From the IMG/VR virus record IMGVR_UViG_3300048549_001527: 64,000 nucleotides of DNA; one strand, 5' to 3'. The position numbers and the translations under genes were made by a program. Of the stretch, positions 8,572-18,471 are shown piece after piece. Every line of letters begins with the position of its first letter. Position 1 is the stretch's first letter. The notes under the pieces are model-generated. The model did not search any database and was not told the DNA's origin. It saw nothing but the letters and a program-made list of their open reading frames with translations. Source of the stretch: a virus. Taxonomy: Duplodnaviria; Caudoviricetes.

Positions 8572-10676
8572 TGGCAGCTATTGGTATTGATAATCCTTTA
8601 TTCTTTGTTGGCGTTGTTGAAGATATTGTAGACCCTCGCTTTGAAGGACGTGTAAAAGTTAGAGCGTTTGGAATACATGGAAATAACCAAGACGTACCAA
8701 CAGAGGACTTACCTTGGGCAATTGTTTGCCGTGGCGATTATGATCCTAGTAATTGGATTCCTCGTGAAAACTATTGGGTATTTGGAATGTTCCTTGACGG
8801 CAGGGAAGCTCAATCACCAATGGTCTTGGGCCTTATACCTACTATCAATAATGGTCCTGATCCAAAATCTGATGGATATGGCGTCATTCCTACACACGGC
8901 CCTGATGACGGATATAGAACGGCGGCCGGTTCTACTCCTGAAGATCACAACCAGCCGCGTATGAGTAGATTAGCGCGTGGAGAAAATCTCGAAGAAACTT
9001 ATGTGTTGGCTCAGGAAATGGCTCGTAACGTTGAAATTACTGTAGCCGCAGGACAAGGTGAAGATAATGAAACATTAGAAGAACCGCCAACTGCATACAA
9101 TACGAGGTATCCGCACAATAGAGTTATTTCGTCTGCAACGCATTCTATTGAGTTAGATGATACACCTGGTTCAGAAAGAATTATGATATATCATAAAGAT
9201 GGTTCTTTTTATCAAATATCACAAGGTGGTTTGGTTGTAGAAAAAGCATCCGGTAACAAGTGGGAAATTACAGACCTAAACGAAGTAAAGGTTGTTAAAG
9301 GTCAAAGCACTGTTACGATTAATGGTGATGCAAGGATCCGCGTTGAAGGAAATAAAATTGAAGAAATCATGGGAGACTATCAACAAATTGTACATGGTAA
9401 TAGCTATATCACGTCAGGCGGAGAAATGACACTTAATGCTTCAGACCGCCTACAGGCAAGAGGTGGAGACATCAGGCTTGATGCAAACGTTGGAACTTTT
9501 TCTTATTATGCTGAAAAAGAAATTCAATTTGAAGCTGGTGTTGGAATGTATTTTAAATCGCCATTCATGTGGTTAGAAGCTCCGTCAAATATGAACATCC
9601 GCGCTAACAATTTAAATATGTCAGCGGTTACAGATTTAAACATTCGTGCAAATGGTGGAGATTTAAATCTTTATGGTTCTGCAGACGTAAGTATAAAATC
9701 TAACGCACAACTCAAAGCTGATGCAAATGGAAACATTTCAATTACAACAGTTAGCGGCTCTACTGTGTTTATTAACGATAATGTAGATATGGCAAACGGT
9801 GGTGGTGCTTCTGCAACTGATGCAGTATATGCCGAACAATCAATATCTTCTGAAAGAGTTGAATCGCCTGAGCCACCAGCAAAAGCAATGCCGATTAGAA
9901 AGTCACAAGATACGGCTTCAGGTAAACCGCACGGCGATGTCGGTTCAACGCACGGAGTTGCATCAGGAGACGATCAAGTAGAAGGTGGAGTTGGCGGACA
10001 AAGTGGAGTTGATAATACCGTAAGTACTTCCGTTCCAACATCACCTATTAGTTCTGCGGTTGGCGGTATGCTTGGCCCACTTCTTGATCTTATTGGTAAT
10101 GCTGAATCAGGGGCAGGCGGATATGACGCTATTTGGGGCAGCCAAGGAATTCCTGATAATAGTGGTTACGTTCCAACTTTTCAAAAGTACCCGAAAGGAA
10201 TTTCTTTTTCAGATTATCCTGATAAACGTTTAACTTTAATGACTATTCAAGAAGTATTGAATTGGCAAGAAAGCATAGATAGAAAATATAATTCCGAAGC
10301 GAGTGGAAGATATCAGTTTATGGAAGACACTTTACGCGGTTATAATAACGATAATAATACGCCTGCTCGTGATTCGCTGGCAGAACAAGCAGGCCTTTCA
10401 TTAAGTGATAAATTTAGTCCAGAAAATCAAGATAAAATGGCTACTGTTTTATTACAGTTTGCTGGGCTTAATGCGTTTCTTAATGGTTCAAAATCCCTCG
10501 AATCATTTGGGAATGGAATTTCTGGTATTTGGGCAAGAGTACCGAGAATTAGCGGACCAGGAGCTGGCACTGGTTCATACGATAACGATGGGCAAAACAA
10601 AGCAGATCCTAACTTAGGTGGTCCGCTTAGAACAATTCTTACTACGTTAAAAGCAACGTATGATGCAAGTATTTAG
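8571..10676 (+). CDS. gp5: Central spike gp5 (OB-fold plus beta-helix) with a C-terminal lambda-R/GH104-like lysozyme domain
   Basis: FFVGVVED..DP..EGRVKVRAFGIH...DLPWA OB-fold; Y.PHNRV...H.IELDDTPG.ERI.I.H..G beta-helix entry; C-terminal LLDLIG.AES...Y...MTIQEV..WQ...ASGRYQF..TL...FSPENQD. The ATG at 8571 (TAATG coupling) is preferred to the track start at 8562. Confidence 0.9.
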   Translation: MAAIGIDNPLFFVGVVEDIVDPRFEGRVKVRAFGIHGNNQDVPTEDLPWAIVCRGDYDPSNWIPRENYWVFGMFLDGREAQSPMVLGLIPTINNGPDPKSDGYGVIPTHGPDDGYRTAAGSTPEDHNQPRMSRLARGENLEETYVLAQEMARNVEITVAAGQGEDNETLEEPPTAYNTRYPHNRVISSATHSIELDDTPGSERIMIYHKDGSFYQISQGGLVVEKASGNKWEITDLNEVKVVKGQSTVTINGDARIRVEGNKIEEIMGDYQQIVHGNSYITSGGEMTLNASDRLQARGGDIRLDANVGTFSYYAEKEIQFEAGVGMYFKSPFMWLEAPSNMNIRANNLNMSAVTDLNIRANGGDLNLYGSADVSIKSNAQLKADANGNISITTVSGSTVFINDNVDMANGGGASATDAVYAEQSISSERVESPEPPAKAMPIRKSQDTASGKPHGDVGSTHGVASGDDQVEGGVGGQSGVDNTVSTSVPTSPISSAVGGMLGPLLDLIGNAESGAGGYDAIWGSQGIPDNSGYVPTFQKYPKGISFSDYPDKRLTLMTIQEVLNWQESIDRKYNSEASGRYQFMEDTLRGYNNDNNTPARDSLAEQAGLSLSDKFSPENQDKMATVLLQFAGLNAFLNGSKSLESFGNGISGIWARVPRISGPGAGTGSYDNDGQNKADPNLGGPLRTILTTLKATYDASI

Positions 10677-10684
10677 AGGACAAT

Positions 10685-12226
10685 ATGGCAGCAATTTGTA
10701 AACCTGAAGACGCGGTTGTAACGCAGTTAGTAAGCACCCAAACGTTTACTGACACAAATGGATATTACACACAAAACCAAATTTCTTTATTTCAAAATGA
10801 ATATGTAAATGCATTAAATTCTGGAATACAAACTGATCCTTTGCTTTATATGACTGATAAGTACGGGTCTGACGCATTTTTTACAACGGTAGGTAATATA
10901 AACGAATATACTGCAAAACCGTATATCCAAGATCTACTAATAGAAACTCCTGATTTAAATACTTTATATCAACGAGTCAGTCAAGGACCTATCACTCCGT
11001 TTGAAGCGGCAGACTTTATGAAAGAATATAATTATGATCCTTTGACTCTTAACGAGCAGCTTAAATCACCTACAGTTATTTACCAACTACAAGACTATTA
11101 TACAAATGGTTTTGCTAACAGTTTTCTTGGAGGACTTTGTAGCTTGATGCCAAAGGTTTTTGCTGGTGTTGGAGCTTTCTTTGGTCTTATTGGTCTAGCA
11201 GGTCAAGCTATTGCAGACATTGCTGGTTTTTTAAATAAAATTAAAAATATTGAAAATCCATTAGAAGCAATTTTTGAAAAACTAAAAGTAGCAGCATTAA
11301 TTGAAAGTTTTAAAAATAAAATTACTTCAATGATTGAAAAAACAATTAATAAAGTTAAAGATGCAATTAAGAATTTTAATATAGGTAATATTATGAGTGA
11401 CGTGGCAACGTTTGTAAATGAAAATGTTATCAGACAAATTCATAATCTTAAAGAAAACATTTTAGGATTTTTTAGCGAAGAAAACATTCAGCAAATTATT
11501 AACAAAGCTAAAGGATTATTTGACTATGGAGTTGGTCTATTTGCCAATCCAAGTTTGGAAGAAATTCAATTTCTTATTTCGCGATTTTGCGCAATGGCAG
11601 CTGGAATTGAAGATGCAATCCAAGCATTAAAAAATCCACTTGATAGTTTTGCAAATAGATTTACTTATGCCTTGCAAAGAATTACTGCGGCTGGAAATTT
11701 AAATGCCGCAAAGGCTGTGATTGAAGGTCGCCCAGTTCAATCACCACAGGCAAGGAATAATGAGATAAATAATCAAAGACAGAGGTGGCTCGCCGCAGGT
11801 AATCGCAAACCAATTACTCCAGATGATTATGCCGAGCTCCCAAGTTATGAAGATTTGTTGGCTGGTGGCGCAGGAACTGGATTATATGTTGATAAAAGTT
11901 TAACATCATGGCCGTCATACGATGGAGCAGACGGGTGGAAAAACGCAAACCGTGATTTAAGAGTTATTCTTATGAGAACGGCGCAAAAATTTGAAGCTGA
12001 TTTGCATATCAATAGCGCATGGAGAAGTACAACTCATAATAACCGAGTTGGTGGTTCTTCAGGATCATATCATTTAAGCGGCAACGCATTTGACATATCA
12101 TGGAAAGGTTATCCAGAAAGGCGTGATAAATTTTTGAAAATAGCATATGCTGAAGGCTTTACTGGACACGGAATATATCCGGGCTTTGTCCATGTAGATT
12201 TAGGGAATAGGGTGTTCACACCTTGA
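10685..12226 (+). CDS. Long helical protein with a C-terminal peptidase M15 (Zn D-Ala-D-Ala peptidase-like) domain
   Basis: C-terminal INSAWRS..HN..VGG...SYHLSGNAFDI...G.Y.GFVHVD contains the SxHxxGxAxD and HxD zinc motifs. Own SD (GAGGA). Confidence 0.85.
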   Translation: MAAICKPEDAVVTQLVSTQTFTDTNGYYTQNQISLFQNEYVNALNSGIQTDPLLYMTDKYGSDAFFTTVGNINEYTAKPYIQDLLIETPDLNTLYQRVSQGPITPFEAADFMKEYNYDPLTLNEQLKSPTVIYQLQDYYTNGFANSFLGGLCSLMPKVFAGVGAFFGLIGLAGQAIADIAGFLNKIKNIENPLEAIFEKLKVAALIESFKNKITSMIEKTINKVKDAIKNFNIGNIMSDVATFVNENVIRQIHNLKENILGFFSEENIQQIINKAKGLFDYGVGLFANPSLEEIQFLISRFCAMAAGIEDAIQALKNPLDSFANRFTYALQRITAAGNLNAAKAVIEGRPVQSPQARNNEINNQRQRWLAAGNRKPITPDDYAELPSYEDLLAGGAGTGLYVDKSLTSWPSYDGADGWKNANRDLRVILMRTAQKFEADLHINSAWRSTTHNNRVGGSSGSYHLSGNAFDISWKGYPERRDKFLKIAYAEGFTGHGIYPGFVHVDLGNRVFTP

Positions 12227-12241
12227 TAAAGGAAAAAAATT

Positions 12242-12658
12242 ATGGTAGTTAGCTTAGTAACACCAAGAAATAAAAAGTTTACAGTCTTTACTGACTTTAA
12301 AATGGATTTGGAAAAAAGTCCTGTGTCTAGCGACCTAACCTTAAATAAAAATGAAGAAGCCGTTAAACAAGCAATAAAAAACCTTATCTTAACTGATAAA
12401 GGTGAAAGACTAATGCAACCAAACCTCGGTGGAAATATCAAGGCGATGTTGTTTGAAACAATTACACCAGCAACACTTAAATTAATTGAAGAGCAAGTAA
12501 GAGCCACAATTAATTTACATGAGCCAAGAGCTGATCTTATTGATGTTCTTGTTTCTTCAGAAATAGATGACAATACTGTTGTCGTTAAAATAGTATTTTA
12601 CATATCAAATAACCAACAGCCAATATCGCTGAGTGTAATATTAGAGAGGACACGATAA
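12242..12658 (+). CDS. gp25: Baseplate wedge subunit gp25
   Basis: D.....NEEAVKQAIKNLILT.KGER.MQP.LG.NI..MLFE...I..HEPRA motif. Confidence 0.95.
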   Translation: MVVSLVTPRNKKFTVFTDFKMDLEKSPVSSDLTLNKNEEAVKQAIKNLILTDKGERLMQPNLGGNIKAMLFETITPATLKLIEEQVRATINLHEPRADLIDVLVSSEIDDNTVVVKIVFYISNNQQPISLSVILERTR

Positions 12659-12659
12659 G

Positions 12660-14456
12660 ATGGCTACGAAGCTGAACATAACAGAATTAGATTTCGCTAG
12701 CAACAAGCAGCAACTGATTAATTATTTAAAAAGTCAATCGCAATTTAAAGATTATGATTTCGAAGGTTCCAACTTAAATGTTCTTTTAGATGTGTTATCA
12801 TATAATACATATCAGAATAACTTTTATACCAATATGGCAATCAATGAAATGTTTCTTGACTCTGCGGTATTACCAAACTCGGTTGTATCACACGCAAAAG
12901 AATTAAATTATTTGCCAAGCTCAAGGAAATCTGCAAGGGCTTCAGTAAGAGTTACTATCCGTGATACTACAATTACAGGACAAACAATTACAATCCCTCA
13001 GTTCGCAGCATTCAAGGCTTCTTTCCAAGGGGAGAATTATGAATTCGTTACGGACAAAGCATATGTTGCAAAGAAAACAGAAACTGGTGTATTCGTTGCA
13101 GACAATATTGAACTCTTTGAAGGACAAATGCTAACAAGCTTTGAACGTGAAGGGTATTTTGTTGACGAAGATGGCATTCTTACAGTTATTCTTTCAAACG
13201 AAAACGCTGATATTGATTCTCTCGAGGTATTTGTTGATGCCGAGTTTACAGAAGACGCAAATATATTTACTCGCAAAAATGATATCTTTGGAGTTGGACC
13301 TGAAGATAAAGTATTTTACGTAGAACCATATTATGATGGCAGGTATAAAATTTATTTTGGTAACAACGTGTTTGGCATACAGCCTGATGAATACGAAGAT
13401 ATTCGTGTTAAGTATAGAATTTGTTCAGGTGCCGAACCAAATGGTGCAAGTGTTTTTACAATTCAAATTACTTCAACAGGTACAACTGAAGTTGAAACAA
13501 TACAGGCGGCACTTGGCGGCGCAGACGCAGAGTCATTAGAAAAAATCCGTTACTTTGCCCCTAAGGCTTTACAAATTCAGGAGAGAGCTATAACAACTTC
13601 TGATTATGAAGTATTACTTAAACAACAATTTCCAGAAATTAAAGCCGTGTCAGCATACGGTGGAGAAAATTTAAATCCTCCGCAATTTGGACGCGTTGCG
13701 ATATCAGTTTATTTAGGAGAAGCTGAAGAAACCTTATCAAATACTTTGGTAAATACATATCTTGATTATTTGGCAGATAAGACTCCATTAGCTATTGAGC
13801 CAACATTCGTTCCATCCGAATTTGTGTATGGCAAAATTACAGTTCGTGTTAATTATAATCCAAAGCTTACTACAAAAAATTCTGATTTTATTGCGCAGTT
13901 GGTTAGAGACACGGTACAAGCATACTCAGAAGGAACGTTAGATAACTTTAATACTACCCTAAGGTTATCAAACCTGTCCTCTAACATCGACGCAGCTGAC
14001 GTATCTATAACTTCAAATGCCATGACGGCAAAGCCGATTATTGAATACACACCAGATCTTAATATCAAATCTAATCCTATATTTAAATTTGGTACACCAT
14101 TAGTAAAGCCGTACCCGTTCCGTGAAACGAATGGATTTTCAGAATATAAACCATCTATTGTAAGTGGACAATTTTCAGTAGATAATGTTTGTGTATACTT
14201 ACAAGATGATGGCATCGGAAACATGCAATTAGTTACTAGCGATCTTTCTAATCCACAAATTATTGATCCAACGGCAGGCACTGTTGACTATGACGCAGGC
14301 GATGTAAAACTAATTAATTTTAGAACCGATGGATTTTCTGGCTCTGCTATTCAATTTATTGCCACAACTGTTTACGATGACATTGCTGCTCCAAAAGGTA
14401 GAATTTTTGCAATCCGCGACGACGATGTAGAAGTAACATTAAGAGAGACTGAATAA
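12660..14456 (+). CDS. gp6: Baseplate wedge subunit gp6
   Basis: TELDF...K..L.NYLK.Q..F.DYDFEGSNL.VLLD.L.YNTY.N.FY.NM..NEMFLDSA....SVVSHAK.L.Y.P motif; GGA..ES.E.IR..AP...QERA.T..DY. Confidence 0.96.
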   Translation: MATKLNITELDFASNKQQLINYLKSQSQFKDYDFEGSNLNVLLDVLSYNTYQNNFYTNMAINEMFLDSAVLPNSVVSHAKELNYLPSSRKSARASVRVTIRDTTITGQTITIPQFAAFKASFQGENYEFVTDKAYVAKKTETGVFVADNIELFEGQMLTSFEREGYFVDEDGILTVILSNENADIDSLEVFVDAEFTEDANIFTRKNDIFGVGPEDKVFYVEPYYDGRYKIYFGNNVFGIQPDEYEDIRVKYRICSGAEPNGASVFTIQITSTGTTEVETIQAALGGADAESLEKIRYFAPKALQIQERAITTSDYEVLLKQQFPEIKAVSAYGGENLNPPQFGRVAISVYLGEAEETLSNTLVNTYLDYLADKTPLAIEPTFVPSEFVYGKITVRVNYNPKLTTKNSDFIAQLVRDTVQAYSEGTLDNFNTTLRLSNLSSNIDAADVSITSNAMTAKPIIEYTPDLNIKSNPIFKFGTPLVKPYPFRETNGFSEYKPSIVSGQFSVDNVCVYLQDDGIGNMQLVTSDLSNPQIIDPTAGTVDYDAGDVKLINFRTDGFSGSAIQFIATTVYDDIAAPKGRIFAIRDDDVEVTLRETE

Positions 14457-14457
14457 A

Positions 14458-17055
14458 ATGGTCGGTTATAATAATCAAAAAGAGTTAATTGAAAAAAAGA
14501 TTGCCTTCAAGGTTAATAGTATGTGGCCTGCGATTTATCGTGATGAAGGCGCTGAACTTGTTCAACTTGTAAAAGATTATTATGAATTCTTAGAAACAGA
14601 ATACAACCAAAGCCATTATAACAATCGGCGAATGTACGAATACCGTGACATATCAACTACGTTAGCGAGTATGATTATACATTTCCAAAAAGCATTTCTT
14701 GCGGACTTGCCATTGTTAGATGATACAACAGTAAGAATTGTAATTAAAAATATCATGGACCTTTATAGAAGAAAAGGTACTCGTGGTGGTATTATTGTAT
14801 TCTTTAGACTATTTTATCAAGAGTATGCCGAAGTTGTATATCCATCTAAATATATGTTTAAGCCGTCTGACTCAACGTGGAAAACTGGTTCGTATTTAGA
14901 AATGTTTCCAAACGATAACGTTTTTGTATCAAACAGCGGTCTTAGCTATACTTATGAAAATTTACTTTCACGAAATATTAAAGGTTCTGTGTCAGGTGCC
15001 AAAGCAGTTGTTGATAAAATTAACTTTATTATTAAAAACAAAACTATCTATCCGGTTATTTACTTAAATAACATAAAAGGACAGTTTCAAAAATTCGATG
15101 ATATCCTGGCGAGAATTGCTGGTGAAGATGTTAGCTTTGGAAAAATTGGTGGATCGTTAAATGCAATTACCCCAATTGATGAAGCCTATGGTGGTACAAC
15201 AGGAAATGAAATTGGAGACGTTTATAACGTAAAAAGTAAATACGGATCAGGTGGTAAAGTTTTAGTAACTGATGTATCTGCGCAGCAAACTGGTATAATA
15301 AAATATGAATTGCTAGACGGCGGATTTGGTTATACAATAGAAGGCACAAGGCTTATAGTTTCAAATCAAGTAATTGTTTTTGATAACCCAAATTTTATAT
15401 TTAACACTGACTTAAGAATTGAACAGCCATCTACTTCTGCAATAGCAACAGTTATTGGACAGAACTCTGTTGTGGCTGGAGTTAAATTAGATATTGGCTC
15501 AGCAGAATTTGAAGACTCTTCGTTTATCCAAACAGTTCAAGCTACAGATCCTCTTAAATCAGTAAAGCTTATTCCTGCTTCTCAAACTGCGTTATATAAC
15601 TCAACATATACAATAATAGAAGGTATGCAACGCGCCGCGGATGGGCAAGAACCAGAACTTACAAACTTTACCCCAATTGTTGGAACACGTCAACTCGGGG
15701 ATGTAAACAATGACTCTTTCGTTAACCAATTAGATGTAGATAATATAACAGCATATTTTGATGGCACATTAACAGATGAAGCTACAATTGAATGGATTGA
15801 GCGAGACTTTAAAATAAGACTTACGCAGAATCCTCTTTACGATGCTTATCCTGCATATAAAGCATATTTTAACGCAGTGTCTGCAAAAAATGACAGTTCT
15901 CCTGGTCCACTATATCCTGACACTAATGACACTGATGACGTTAAAGTAGAAAGTTTATCCAATATTCAAAACATAAGTTTAATTACTGATGTGATAAGTA
16001 ATTTTGTGAATGTTCCTTTAAACTCAGCAGACTATAATACAGTGCCGCCAGCGTTAATTCCAATGACAGGTACTGCTAGCCCAGTAACTCTTGCGACTCC
16101 GTTAGATGAAGCGTTTGATTTAACGCCGTTTAATATTGGAGTAATTGACGCGTTTGAAAATGTGAATCCAGGAAATGATTACGTTAACGACGTGTTTGCT
16201 TTAGTACAAGATTCAACGATGATTCCGTTTGCAAGATATGAGCAAATTATTATTCTTTCAAATATAACCGCTGCATTTTCAGTTGGCGATATCATTACAC
16301 AAGAAACGTCTGGCGTGGTTGGTAAAATTACCGGAGTTAATAGTGGAGAAAAGTTTATTAAAGTAACACCGTATGCTTATTACGGATTTAACTCTACAAA
16401 CGATATTTTATTCAGAGGAAATAATTATCCTATCCTTGCATCAGAACGAGATTACACTTCTGAAGTAATTGGTGCTAATGCTGATATGAGTGCTAAAACT
16501 ATATTTGAAGATGGTAGGATTACCGGCGTAAAGGTTATTAATTCAGGATTTGCATATCCGGATGGGGAAGTAATCTTAATAGTAGATGATAATGATAACA
16601 TTCAAGCAAGAGGTACGGCCCAAGCTGTAACAGAAGGAATTACAGAAGGTTTCTGGGGACAACTTAATTCTCATATTAATGGCTACACAAGTACAGTAGC
16701 TGAAAACGGTGCTGATGTTTACTACGAAGGTCAAATGAGAATACAAGATAGTGATTTCTATCAAGAGTACTCGTATGATATTAAATCTTCAGTATCACAA
16801 GAAAGATATCGTGGTGCATTGCATAAAAATGTTCACCTTGCAGGTACAAAGCAATTTGGATCATTTTTATATCAGAAAAAACAAAACAGCGGTATTGCAC
16901 AAAGATTTTATCATAATGTTAAAAATGATTATACGTCCGGCGGGATTGATGTCGTTGGGCCAGGACAGGATACAGGTCAAAGTGGAACAATTACAATGGA
17001 TACTACTGGGTATACTGCTGATAGTACGATTTTGCGTGCAGACATTGTGAGATAA
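14458..17055 (+). CDS. gp7: Baseplate wedge initiator gp7-like
   Basis: N-terminal FV..YYEFLE...K.I.DLY.RKGT..G...FFRL.Y and C-terminal IQDS.FYQEYSY.IKS......Y...LH...H.AG.K.FG motifs; directly after gp6. Confidence 0.85.
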   Translation: MVGYNNQKELIEKKIAFKVNSMWPAIYRDEGAELVQLVKDYYEFLETEYNQSHYNNRRMYEYRDISTTLASMIIHFQKAFLADLPLLDDTTVRIVIKNIMDLYRRKGTRGGIIVFFRLFYQEYAEVVYPSKYMFKPSDSTWKTGSYLEMFPNDNVFVSNSGLSYTYENLLSRNIKGSVSGAKAVVDKINFIIKNKTIYPVIYLNNIKGQFQKFDDILARIAGEDVSFGKIGGSLNAITPIDEAYGGTTGNEIGDVYNVKSKYGSGGKVLVTDVSAQQTGIIKYELLDGGFGYTIEGTRLIVSNQVIVFDNPNFIFNTDLRIEQPSTSAIATVIGQNSVVAGVKLDIGSAEFEDSSFIQTVQATDPLKSVKLIPASQTALYNSTYTIIEGMQRAADGQEPELTNFTPIVGTRQLGDVNNDSFVNQLDVDNITAYFDGTLTDEATIEWIERDFKIRLTQNPLYDAYPAYKAYFNAVSAKNDSSPGPLYPDTNDTDDVKVESLSNIQNISLITDVISNFVNVPLNSADYNTVPPALIPMTGTASPVTLATPLDEAFDLTPFNIGVIDAFENVNPGNDYVNDVFALVQDSTMIPFARYEQIIILSNITAAFSVGDIITQETSGVVGKITGVNSGEKFIKVTPYAYYGFNSTNDILFRGNNYPILASERDYTSEVIGANADMSAKTIFEDGRITGVKVINSGFAYPDGEVILIVDDNDNIQARGTAQAVTEGITEGFWGQLNSHINGYTSTVAENGADVYYEGQMRIQDSDFYQEYSYDIKSSVSQERYRGALHKNVHLAGTKQFGSFLYQKKQNSGIAQRFYHNVKNDYTSGGIDVVGPGQDTGQSGTITMDTTGYTADSTILRADIVR

Positions 17056-17063
17056 AATAAACG

Positions 17064-17071
17064 GATAAATA
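17064..17071 (+). promoter_or_regulatory. Possible late promoter variant (GATAAATA)
   Basis: Intergenic NATAAATA box 26 nt upstream of the 17097 start, with one mismatch to TATAAATA. Confidence 0.55.
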
Positions 17072-17096
17072 ACTAAAACACTTAGGAGCTATAATA

Positions 17097-18470
17097 ATGG
17101 CAAAGCAGACAATTGGTGTAGGACTAGCGGCTAATGATGGCGGTGGTGATCCGTTACGTTCTGCGTTCGTTAAAGTCAACGAAAACTTCACAGAACTTTA
17201 TAACGCTAGTGTAACAACACTTACAGATTTAGGAATTTCTGACGGAACTAACGGTCAAGTACTTACAACTGACGGTAATGGTGCATTTACTTTTACTACT
17301 GTGTCAGGCGGAGGTGGAACCACATTAGGCGCGTTAACTGATGTTAGCGCTGTAGCAGCTACGACAGGTCAAGTATTAAAATGGGATGGTGCCCAATGGG
17401 CGCCAGGAACAGACTCAGGCGGCGGTAGCGGAATTGCTTTAACTGATTTGAGTGTTGCAGCTGAACCAGCGGCATCAGGAGATGGCGGTCTTGCTTACGA
17501 TAGTGGTACAGGTGCATTTACATATACTCCTCCAGTTATTCCAGCTGACTTAAACGATTTAGGAATATCAGATGGAACTAACGGTCAAGTACTTACAACT
17601 GACGGCGCAGGCGGTTATACATTTGAAGATGCGTCAGGCGGCGGCGGTGGAGGATCCTCGACCTTTAGTGGTTTAACAGAAATTTCAACAGCTGATGTTG
17701 ATGCTCATGATATTGCGTTACAAGCTAAAACAACACACATTATGACTCCTAACGGTTCTTCAGCATACCGTTCAGATATTTATGGCACGGTAGATAATCC
17801 AACAATCCATGTAAGAGCAGGCGAAACAATCGCGTTTGACTTAACAGATGTAACAGGTTCGCACCCGTTCCAAATTGAAACATCAGGTGGATCAGCATAT
17901 AATGACGGCTTAATTCATATTGCAACTAATGGTACTAGAACTACTGGTGCAAGCGCTCAAGGTAAAACCTCTGGTACATTGTATTGGAAAGTCCCAGGAA
18001 CAATCAGTGGTACTTATAAGTATATTTGTACTGTTCATGGTTCAATGATTGGTGATATTGAAATTGAAGCTGCGGCAGGTGCATCAGGTGGAAGTGGACT
18101 AAATACACGTACTTCAACCAATACTCTTAACAGCGGGATGGCAAATGGTGCTACTGCAAACTTTGATCTTTCTGCGGCTAAAACATTTGTTTTATATTCA
18201 ATTGAAGTATCAGGCGCAGCTTGGGTAAGATTGTATATTGATACTGCGTCGAGAACCGCCGATGCTTCAAGATTAAGAGGTAATGACCCGGCACCTGATG
18301 CAGGAGTAATTGCCGAAGTAATTACAACAGGAAGTGAAACTGTTAAATTTGGCCCTGCGGTCATTGGTTATTGTAGTACTGGTAACACAATTCCAGCTGC
18401 AGTTACAAACGATACCGGTGGAACTGCTAATATTGATGTTACAATAACGCACTTAAGCTTAGAGGCCTAG
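17097..18470 (+). CDS. Virion structural protein with a gp9/gp10-type N-terminus, spacer repeats and a cupredoxin-like domain
   Basis: MAKQTIGVG..ANDGGGDPLR.AF.KVNENF.ELY resembles the T4 gp9/gp10 N-terminal motif. Two LGISDGTNGQVLTTDG repeats; HPFQI...YICTVHGSM motif. Confidence 0.75.
   Translation: MAKQTIGVGLAANDGGGDPLRSAFVKVNENFTELYNASVTTLTDLGISDGTNGQVLTTDGNGAFTFTTVSGGGGTTLGALTDVSAVAATTGQVLKWDGAQWAPGTDSGGGSGIALTDLSVAAEPAASGDGGLAYDSGTGAFTYTPPVIPADLNDLGISDGTNGQVLTTDGAGGYTFEDASGGGGGGSSTFSGLTEISTADVDAHDIALQAKTTHIMTPNGSSAYRSDIYGTVDNPTIHVRAGETIAFDLTDVTGSHPFQIETSGGSAYNDGLIHIATNGTRTTGASAQGKTSGTLYWKVPGTISGTYKYICTVHGSMIGDIEIEAAAGASGGSGLNTRTSTNTLNSGMANGATANFDLSAAKTFVLYSIEVSGAAWVRLYIDTASRTADASRLRGNDPAPDAGVIAEVITTGSETVKFGPAVIGYCSTGNTIPAAVTNDTGGTANIDVTITHLSLEA
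17226..17605 (+). repeat. Two 50-bp direct repeats (17226-17275 and 17556-17605) within the CDS
   Basis: gatttaggaatttctgacggaactaacggtcaagtacttacaactgacgg versus gatttaggaatatcagatggaactaacggtcaagtacttacaactgacgg: 3 mismatches, all synonymous. Confidence 0.9.
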
Positions 18471-18471
18471 A

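Noticed and set aside
12109-12573. 154-aa minus-strand ORF over gp25
   Set aside because: Antisense to the clearly identified gp25 and M15 genes, with no independent support.
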